DNA from: Paraphysomonas bandaiensis
Taxonomy: Eukaryota; Protista; Chrysophyceae
DNA length: 16,752 nt
Reading direction: 5' to 3'
NCBI GenBank assembly: GCA_965644295.1
Contig: CBFFRP010000493.1
Coordinates: forward strand, 1-16,752
The translations under genes were made by a program, and so were the position numbers. Positions 7,960 to 16,752 of this stretch are shown here, in pieces. The number at the start of each line of letters is the position of its first letter. The stretch's first letter is position 1. The notes under the pieces are model-generated. The model was given only the letters and a program-made list of their open reading frames with translations, was not told where the DNA came from and did not search any database.

Positions 7960-10570
7960 ATGGTGGATTCATCTGAGAAGAAGAGATCACCCGATGAGGT
8001 GATTCGAGTGATGGTGAGGGTGCGGCCGCCCCTCTCGAGAGAGATGAGTGTCAACATCAGCTCATGTATAACGGTCCCGTCCCCCTCCAGCCTGCTGCTC
8101 GTGAGTGATAAGCACCATGTAAAGTGCTCGTATGATCGAGTGTTCAGTGAGCTCAGCGATCAGAGTGACGTCTTCACAGAAGTGAAGCCGCTTCTTGAGG
8201 ACGTACTGTCCGGATATAACGGCTGTGTGTTCGCTTATGGACAGACCTCTGCGGGCAAAACACACACGATGATCGGGCCTGAGGGGGGGCAGATGGGGCA
8301 GACGGGACAGGGACACATGAGAGAGGAGTGGGGAGTTCTTCCGAGAGCTGCGGAGTTTCTGTTCAGCAGTTTAGAGGAGTCCTCTCACACCGCTTCTGTG
8401 TCCGGCGGCTCCTTCTCATACTCCGCTAAGGCTTCTTTTCTGCAGATATATAACGAACGAATTATCGACTTGCTGCGTGTGTCTGATTCGGATTATGTCT
8501 CACATCGCAGCAGAGGACGACAGGAAGAGGACCTTCGAATCAGAGAGATACCCGGTCGAGGTGGTGCAGGTCCCTGTGAAGTGTATGTTACTGGTCTGAG
8601 TGAATTCAGAGTGCAGACTGCTGAAGATGTGCTGAGGATATTAGCTGTTGGTAGTCATAATCGTGCAACGCGTAGCACCAACTACAATGCAACATCCTCC
8701 CGCAGCCATGCCATTCTGCAGCTTTCATTTGAGATTGAAAAAAGCGAGGGCGGGCAAACAATAATATACAAATCCAAACTGAGTCTGGTGGACCTCGCTG
8801 GTAGTGAGAAGATGTTAGCTATATCTGAGGGTAGTGATTCGGCTCCAGCACATTTAAAGGAGTTGACCTCTATCAACCAGAGTCTTTCTAGCCTTGGGAA
8901 TGTCATCGCTGCACTTGCCTCCAAGCGTCGGTCGCACATCCCATATAGGGACTCTAAGCTGACTCGACTGTTGCAGGATTCTCTTGGGGGTAACACTCGA
9001 ACAATTCTAATTAGCTGTGTGGCTCCAACTTCTCTTCACGCTTCCGAGAGTATCAGTACCTTGCAGTTTGCTGATCGAGCGAAATGTGTGATGGTCAAAA
9101 CTAAAGCTAATCTGGTAATAGATGACAAGGCATTGCTACAAAACGCTCAGGCAGAGATAGCGAGACTGAAGTTGCTTTTAAAGCAGGCGCTTCGTAAACT
9201 AGAGAGTGTAACTGGAAATGGGGGCGGAGAGGGTGACCTGAGATTGGAGGATGGAGAAACTGCAGATGAAATGGACCGGGTTCTGAAAGAAAACAGACAG
9301 TTGAGAAAAGAGAATACAGCCCTGATAAAGGAGCTGCGAGGAATTAGGAATGGCAAGGCGTGGAAAAGTAGGCGCATACAAGGCACACCGGTAAGTAGAA
9401 GGGGAGGAGGTAGTAGTCAGGGAGGGGCGAGGCGGAAGGTCAAACCTGAGTGGTCCACAAGTCTTGTGGATGACGAGGTTTACAAGGAGACAGCTGCAAC
9501 CAGGTTCGGAGCTGCTGTTGTATTTGAGTTTTAGTAAATATTACGTAGGAAACAGGTCAGGCGGTTGGAAAGAGGAAATGTAACGCGCCAGTCTCGAACA
9601 TCGCCTGTGGTATCAGAAGGGCCGCCCCATGGTGAGGGAGCTGGTACTGTAAATTAGCGTGTCATTATTTTTATATAATCACTTACAGATTCTGGTTCTC
9701 TACCTTCTCTCGATAGTGCACGAAGACAGGAGCAAGTCAAGACTGGGTCCCGATCCTCCCATCAATATAGAATACGAAATGCACTTGGATATGGGGCCGC
9801 AGCCTGCGAGAGTCCCGCCCCAACTAAAAAACAGGCGTCAGGCCCGGCACTTGGATCTCCTACTAAGCCGATAGAAGACATACGCCGCAGCTACTTCACT
9901 ATAAACGGAACAGATATATCTGACGAAGAAGGGTCTCTTGATGTGGACGGCGACCTAGATTTGGATCTTCAGGGATTGCGAGATAAACTGAGACGTGCAC
10001 AAGATAGTGCTCAGATGAAGGCCTTGGAGCAGCGACTGGCTTCCGCATCAAGATCTGTCAATTCGCAACTTGAGGCGGATGAGGCATCTCTTCAAAGCAT
10101 ACAACAGAGCCGATTGGAGCTCGAGAGGCAGCTAGAGGAAATGCGACGGGCTCAGGAGGCAGAAGACGAGCAACAAATACAAGGTTTGTATATGATATTG
10201 CGTGTACAGTGTTAACTGGAACCCAACAGAGAGACATAAAGTGGACGAGCTAGAAAGGGAGCAACAAAAGCAGCAGGTCTCGACATCTCCCGCTGATAAC
10301 GGAGGTACAGAGAATGCATCTCTGCCTGTTCATAAGCCACGATCTAAGGCTGAAGTGCGCAATCAGCACCCTCCTGCTAACCTTACCTATTCCAAAGAAG
10401 ATACCGGCCGGACAATAGAAATGTATGTGTACCGTTACAATGCATGGGAACCCATTGAGTTACTAGACTTTGAGACCTCTAACCAACTCCATAAGTGTCG
10501 ACACCCCGACAGAACCGAGAAATGGCTTGACCTAAAGAAGAAACCTATACGGTCGGTGCCAACGCCCTAA
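7960..10570 (+). CDS. Kinesin with N-terminal motor, coiled coils and a C-terminal Tudor-like domain; 4 exons (7960-9503, 9549-9631, 9689-10183, 10230-10570), about 820 aa
   Basis: VRVRPP, P-loop GQTSAGKT, switch I NATSSRSH, switch II DLAGSE and HIPYRDSKLTRLLQDSLGG. Three short GT-AG introns (45, 57, 46 bp) join the downstream ORFs in frame with no stops. Confidence 0.9.
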
Positions 10571-10795
10571 CTGTACGAACAGTCATTGCGAAATTAGATT
10601 TTTGTTCCTTTGTACGTATATCGTCGTCGAAAGTTTTCATATTTACTACTGCTTGGTGTGATTATATTACAACGTATAGAACTGTTGAACTCTGCTTAAA
10701 GTTGGATAGTTAAAAGATATGATTTTAAGTCTTTTAATTCAGGATAGTGTTATGAACTAGGGTATACTTAAGCATGCGGTTAGTGTTAGAGTTAT

Positions 10796-10871
10796 CCTTA
10801 TCTATTCCAAGAAAGATACCAGCCGGACAATATAAGTATATGTGTACCGTTACAATGCATGGGAACCTATT
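10796..10871 (+). pseudogene. 76-bp diverged duplicate of kinesin last-exon segment 10381-10456
   Basis: Ungapped alignment with 68/76 identities. The copy has an in-frame TAA (ATA GAA to ATA TAA). Confidence 0.9.
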
Positions 10872-10885
10872 TAGGGTTAGGGTTA
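10871..10885 (+). repeat. Short interstitial telomere-like tract (TTAGGG)2 TTA; degenerate tract TTAGTG TTAGAG TTA at 10780-10794
   Basis: TTAGGGTTAGGGTTA is directly visible, and the two tracts flank the duplicated exon fragment. Confidence 0.6.
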
Positions 10886-10999
10886 TCAATAAGCGCAAAC
10901 TTGTGCTTTGCCGCAGCCGACCTAACAACTCGCACGACACTAAGCATAGCAAGACTCTCATATAGTTCCTATTGCATGCGCCGACAAGTGCTCAACTAC

Positions 11000-12068
11000 T
11001 AGTGAATGTCTTATTATTAGCAATTGGTGTGTAAGAGTCAGTACAAATGTAGCATTGCAATTTAACTAACTAGTGCTTAACTCTGATATCCCACTATATA
11101 GCGCTACGAAAGCTGCTTGTGTGTCACCGCAAGCACCAAAGTGCAACCACTTCGCTCTATCACTCAAGCAAACGCAGTGATCAAGCGAATGTTTATATAC
11201 CTGACATCTGCAGACGTCTACACAGGCGACAGTTTTATTTAATAGTGTCCCTTGTACCACAGAAGCATTTTGGCTATGAGTGGGCACAACAATATCTGCT
11301 GACTGTATATGCAGCTCACGTTAGTTTCCCGAAGAAATATCTCCAGTACTTATCTCCCAGAACACCACGAAAAGGTGTGAGTTCGACTTTGTTGAGGGAA
11401 AGCGCGATGTATATAGATCCAACCTCGAACTTTCAGCTTCTTGCGGGACATTGTTTCAAGTCAAGAAAGGTTTTGAATGGTCGCAGTTCGCCTCGCACTT
11501 GGTGGAAAACCATCAATAAGTTCATAAAGTAGCTTGCTTTTAATCCCTGTGTGATATATATGCTATATATAGAAGACCCCTCTACACAGTCAGACTTGTA
11601 TCATTTCGTTGTGTTCTGGGAGATAAGTACCGGAGATATTTCTTCGGGAAACTAACGTGAGCTGCATATATAGTCAGCAGATTTTGTTGTGCCCACTCAT
11701 AGCCAAAATACTTGTGTGTGGTACAAGAGGGACACTAATATAACTATCGCTCGTGTAGACGTCTGTGGGTCCTGACAAATAAACAGATATCGGGGTATTG
11801 GGGCTGCCTGCTGATGTCAAACATCCAGGCTGTTCACTTTCAGGACACAAACTCCTGAAGGCAGCAGATGTCAGGTATATCAAAATTCTGCTTGCTCACT
11901 TATTTTGCTTTGAGTGATAGAGCGAAGTGGTTGCACTTTGGTGCTTGCGGTGACGCACAAGCAGCTTTTTTAGCGTTAAATAGTAGGATATCAGAGTTAA
12001 GCACTAGTTAGTTAAATTGCAATGCTACATTTGTTCTGACTCTTTCATGCCTATTAAGACATTCACTA
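11000..12068. repeat. Long inverted repeat (foldback): left arm ~11000-11372, right arm ~11604-12068, loop ~230 bp
   Basis: For example, TGTAGCATTGCAATTTAACTAACTAGTGCTTAACTCTGATATCC and its reverse complement GGATATCAGAGTTAAGCACTAGTTAGTTAAATTGCAATGCTACA occur in the two arms. The arms differ by scattered substitutions, small indels and a ~99-bp block only in the right arm (11766-11864). Confidence 0.92.
11404..11553 (+). pseudogene. Copia reverse-transcriptase fragment in the foldback loop
   Basis: MYIDPTSNFQLLAGHCFKSRKVLNG-RSSPRTWWKTINKFIK*LAFNPCV aligns with EGYCFKLKKSLYGLRSSPRSWWKTLDKFIRSMHFKPCV at ~16058-16171. Confidence 0.85.
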
Positions 12069-12659
12069 CTATAGAGGACGCCGAATGTACGAACGGTGAA
12101 TTTATGCGCAATGTCACAAATTAAGAATTGCCTATCGACATTTGCATTAACTGCGAGAATAACGAGACCAGAATAGCTCAGTTCAAACAGTCACCTAGCT
12201 AGCTACACAGGAAATCAACACACAAAATCTACTACTAGCCGCTTGCGTCTTGCTATCGGAGATCAGCCTACAAAGTTCCTTAATGGGAAGACACGTAGGT
12301 AGTCTTGTTCCACGTAATACTGCTATCTACACTAATTCTAACTGAATCTTCAGTCATTGCTCGTTCACACAATTCAATCTCAGCAACAATTGTAAATATT
12401 CATATAAATTATTTAAACCCAGTGTATTATGTGAGATGCAAGGATCGAAAGATATATATGTAATTAGTACATTATATTATGTAGTATGAAACCGAAGTAG
12501 AGAAGTGGATGACTATACAGGATACGATCACTGAGTGGGTGGTTTGTACACTATAGTAGTAAATGAATGGTGTTGAACACATCGAACACAACTTAGGTTC
12601 TTTATCATGTAATGTTTATAATTTCATCTTATCAGTTGAGAATAGTAAACCTTAGCAAA

Positions 12660-15600
12660 TAATGTCAACTTCTGTTATGGTAGCGAATGCTAGTTGTAGG
12701 ATGGGGAAGATGACAAGAAGCTACGGTTTGACAAGAACCAAGCAGACTATTCAGCGAGAAAATCAAGATGCATCTAATGAAGAAACCGAAACCATCTTGG
12801 CTTCGGAGGACCCGCCAGCCGGAGGAAGGAATTTAGAGTCATGGAGAGAGCCGTAATGATACCTGTGTTAGTACTATTTGGGAGGCTTGGTGAGCATGAC
12901 CCCGATGTGTTGGAGGTAGCCAATCAATATTTGGAGGGGAAGGCAATTTTACCTGCTGATGATCCTGCTAAGGAGGTGTTATCCAGCAGGAGTTCTTCCA
13001 GACACTGGTTGATAGGTTCAGAGGCGAGATTGGGACTGTATTGGAGAAGACTACGGCAGAATACCATTCGTTCAAAATAAGGCCGGGGGAAAAGGTGTTC
13101 AAGTTGGGGTAGATCGACTGAACGGTATAATCCAGAAGCTCATAAAATTGGGACAACCGCAGACAGAGGCAAGTAAATTAGCAAAGATAAAAAAGCAGCG
13201 CTGCAGATAGAGGAATTACATGATTTATGGATGTCGGTAGCGATGATGCCTAAAGCAACAACTACATTTGATTCGGTGAAAGAGGTCAGGAAGAGTATGA
13301 CGAGGCTATGACGCAGCTGAAGAAACTAAAGGGAGACAAATCTGAAGAGATCAATTTTACGGCGTCGAAGGAGCCAGTGGTTTGTTCATTTTGTCGGAAG
13401 AAGGGACATGTAGCAGCGAATTGTTATGCTAAGGAACGACAAACAAAAAAGGATAAGTTCAAAAGAAAAGGAAGACAAAGGAAAAGGCTTCGAAGAGTGT
13501 GCAGCAGCCAGGATCAAAGGATTATACTGGTTGTCATATCTGTGGAGATTTTAGTCATAAAGCCCGACAGTGCAAGTCGAAAACGGGGAAGAACATAAAA
13601 CTCGATAATGAGAATCCTCGAAAATCGAACAGGAAATTGAGACAGAATGGAAGAAATACGTCAACGACGGAGAGTCGTCGGATGATGAAGCGAATATGTT
13701 TGGAGAAGAGGTTTTGGTTATCGGGTGGATACGTCGGAAGAACCTCGTGTATATCTGGACAGTTGTGCAAGTAAAAGACTGTTTATAGTAAAGGATAAAA
13801 TTGCACTGGAGTCATTTACTCCTGAGTTTTAAAGCAATCCAACTAACTAGAAAGGGTTCTCAATTGGAGACACAGGGAACCTGGTACATTCGGGGAATGG
13901 AGAGACATCAGAGTTAGTGAAGAAGGTAGAAGAACATTGTGTCAGGAGGGATGCTGAGATCAATGGCGATACGGATTACAACTGCCTCGAAAGCCTAAAA
14001 TCGTGGAATTGGACTCTGGAAACGAGGTGTTGACTGAGAGTACGATGAGCATGGAGGAATGCCGTATGTGGACTTGATGGAGGTGTTAAATCTGCCAAAT
14101 GTGTCTATGTGCAATCAGATGGAGGAGGTAAATTTGTCGGATAATACAGGACAAGATGCTGGGGATCGTCACATGAGCGTACTGGACATGTCTCGAAATC
14201 GAAGCTATTAAGAAGCTCACTGACACATGTTATTCAGAGGATCAGGACTACAACGACATCACCTTTCGAAGGCAAAGGAGAAGAGTTGCAAGAAACCCTG
14301 TGTAAATGGTGTGCCAAGGCGAAGATAACCAGGCATTCGTTCAAATCACGGGACAACGAAGAGCTAAGCGCAGTCAGGTTCCGGAAAGAGTAACAGCGGA
14401 CATCTCCGTCTATCTTAATTGTGGAATCCAGACAAGGGTATAAGTACGTGCTCCTATTTACGGACTGTAGCAACAAAGATGATATGGGAATATGGATTGA
14501 GGACTTGTATCGGAGAGGAGGGTGGTTCAAATGTCTACGACACTTGTGTGAGGTCCACTTAGCGAAAAGTACGAGGGGTGGAACCCATAGTGGAGTATCA
14601 TGCCGATGGAGGATCCGAACTTATTAGTCAGCAGATAAGAGAGTATCTGTTGCAGCGATATGGGACTCGGGTGTCACATACAACACGAGACACGCCAGAG
14701 CTCAACGCGGTGTCTGGAGAGTGAAATTCCGAACAATTGGGGAGATGACACCGACGATGTTGACGGCATCTGACTTCCAAAGTCGTTCTGGTTTGGATGC
14801 CTATCAAACTGGCATGTTACATTGTGCGACGAATGCCAACTCGGACGTGGCAAGGATGGATGTCTCCATATGAGTGTGTCCCAGGGGGGAGCGTTCCCAG
14901 CCTATCGTGGCTACGGAAATGGGGGCAAAGCATATGTGCTACCCCAAGGCCGACAGGAGGAAGGACTGGGAGGACAAAGCAATGACAGGTTATTTCATAG
15001 GGTATCCAGCTGATCGAAAAGGATACAAGGTGCTAGTGGGGGACACCGTAGTACACCTTGTACATGTATTATTTGATGAATCGGTACCTGAGAGGTCTCA
15101 GGATTATTATAGAGAGCTGAGGAGGCTCAAGTGGCTATGATCCCGAGGCTCGTCAACCGGGTGAGTTTGAGTATCTTATCGGAAAGCACCATGAGGATGG
15201 TGGTCTGCTATACAAGGCATCAACAGAGTGGTGATAGGCAAAGGGACTTATTGTGGGATACCGGTCGTTGGTTACTGGTAACCAGGTTCAAGTGGAGGAT
15301 AAAACTCCTATTCTTGACTGCTGACATCAAGAAGATGACAGAGGATCTTGCGCAGAGGAGTGGTTAGGGCGAGAGTTGCTGACAACCGTGGCGGCGGTAT
15401 CAGCGGAGTGGTGCCAAGCAGCAGTCGGAAAGTGGGCAGGTGCAGCCCCAGGCTGACTCAGCATTACCTTCGGGGGAAGGGACCCTCGCCGAGAATCATC
15501 CGCACGGCAAACGCGCAAGAACTCCAAGGACGGTAACGAATGTGTCGGTGTTAGGACAAATCCATCATTTGAGTGATGAGAGTGATGTGAGTGACCTTTT

Positions 15601-16752
15601 ACAGGAGGAAGATTCAGTGTGGATGTCAGCGGAAGAGTCAACAGTGCCTCAGACACATCGTGAGTCCTTGGAGAGTGCCGAGCACAGGGAGTGGAGACGA
15701 GCTCGCAGTGTAGAGCGAGAGGGTTTGGCGAAGCGAGACACCATGGGGAGGTGACTCGTATACCGGACGGAGTCGTCCCACTGAACTCCAAGTACGTCTA
15801 TGGAAAGAAGTACGATAAGGAGGGAGAGGTCCGCCGATATAAGGCTCGTCTTGTAGCAATCGGTTGTGGACAGCAGTCGAGTGGTTGGGCGAACCATTTC
15901 GCACCCGTTGTTAAGGGGGTAACAGTGCGACTGTTAATCGCCATAGCCTTCGTGATGAACATGGTAATTCATCAACTGGATGTGTCTAAAACGCATTTCT
16001 ATATGCAGATATAGAGGGGGACGTATATATGAAGGCAACTCCGGACTTTCACTGCCTGAGGGGTACTGCTTTAAGTTGAAGAAGTCGTTATACGGGCTTC
16101 GGAGTTCCCCGCGGTCGTGGTGGAAAACATTGGATAAATTCATACGATCTATGCATTTTAAACCATGTGTATTAGACCCGTGTTTGTATTATCAGTATAA
16201 GGGCGATGAATTGATATATTATTAACAATATATGTGGATGATATCCTAGTGTTAGTAGGTCGTGATGTCAACATAGTGAAGGATTTTAAAGCTCAACTGT
16301 GTGCCCGGTTTGATATGAAGGATATGGGCGAGATGGAACATTTTCTGAATGTTCGAGTAACAAGAACGCCAGAGTATATATTCGTCTTGACCAATCAGTA
16401 TATGCGGCTAAGATCTTAGAAAAGTTTGAAAAGTATCTTTTGGGCCACCGCGAAAGGTACGGAAGAGTCCTCTACCGGCGGAAGCAATGGATTTAGTGGC
16501 AAAAGGGGCGCGGCATGAGCATACCGAGAAGGAACAGCTTATAGTGACAACTTCCCATATCGGCCGCTGATAGGTGCATTACTATATCTATCGATGAACA
16601 CGAGGCCGGATATTGCCTATGCAATGGGAGTACTGTCTCGGTTCAGTAATAAGGTGAATATTGAAGTATGCAAGCTATTAACACATGTATGGCAATATAT
16701 TCGTGGTTCTATTGACAAAGGGATTCAATATGGGAGTAGACGGTTCGACTTC
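12660..16752 (+). mobile_element. Degenerate Ty1/copia retrotransposon of a second family (gag-PR-IN-RT, heavily frameshifted), continues right of window
   Basis: Two CCHC knuckles (13383-13424, 13532-13573); protease VYLDSCAS (~13749); HERTGH and CKWC zinc motif (~14172-14315); integrase YKYVLLFTD, HADGGSE, TPELNAVS; KAMTGYFIGYP; RT YKARLVAIG, FAPVVK, HQLDVS, LKKSLYGL, YVDDIL, FDMKDMG, FPYRPLIGALLYLSMNTRPDIAY. IN lies before RT, which is the copia order. The 5' boundary is approximate. Confidence 0.92.

Noticed and set aside
4955-9386. Antisense and alternative-frame ORFs overlapping the ODF3-like, C2/EF-hand and kinesin genes, and ORF 7463-7891
   Set aside because: They are shadows of real coding sequence or low-complexity CA/TA-rich intergenic DNA, with no recognisable motifs.
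9504-9534. Kinesin ending at the 9534 stop (528 aa)
   Set aside because: The stop lies in a 45-bp GT-AG intron. Splicing continues the frame through three more exons to 10570.
11000-12068. CACTA transposon suggested by TAGTG/CACTA at the foldback ends
   Set aside because: The orientation is inside-out (it begins TAGTG and ends CACTA), and no 3-bp TSD or transposase is evident.
12423-12634. Candidate 5' LTR of the second copia (TGTATT...TATCA)
   Set aside because: There is no second copy in the window, no clear terminal inverted repeat, and no convincing tRNA or self-complementary PBS, so the boundaries cannot be supported.
13308-13774. Programmed ribosomal frameshift between the two zinc-knuckle ORFs
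   Set aside because: The element has many other frameshifts, so decay or sequence error is the simpler explanation.

Overview
Eukaryotic genomic DNA with short GT-AG introns and a cilia-type gene. A stramenopile-like flagellate is my guess only. From left to right: (1) two young Ty1/copia LTR retrotransposons lie head-to-tail. Element A contributes its RNase H end, PPT and 3' LTR (339-696). A 5-bp spacer TTTGT follows, then an apparently identical 5' LTR (702-1059) and the gag-protease ORF of element B, which breaks off near 2595. (2) A host gene block contains an orphan tail-anchored ORF, a (TATG)n microsatellite, an ODF3/SHIPPO-repeat gene, a 3-exon C2 + EF-hand gene and a divergent 4-exon kinesin with a Tudor-like C-terminus. 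(3) A rearranged zone holds a 76-bp copy of the kinesin 3' exon between TTAGGG-type repeats, and a ~1.07-kb foldback whose loop is a copia RT fragment. (4) A frameshift-riddled copia element of a second family runs off the right end. The top finding is that element B has no tRNA-type primer-binding site. The 13 nt abutting its 5' LTR (CAATAGAGAAAAG, 1060-1072) are instead the exact reverse complement of a 13-mer inside the LTR (932-944) at an initiator-like motif. This is the signature of Tf1-style self-primed reverse transcription, here in a Copia element.
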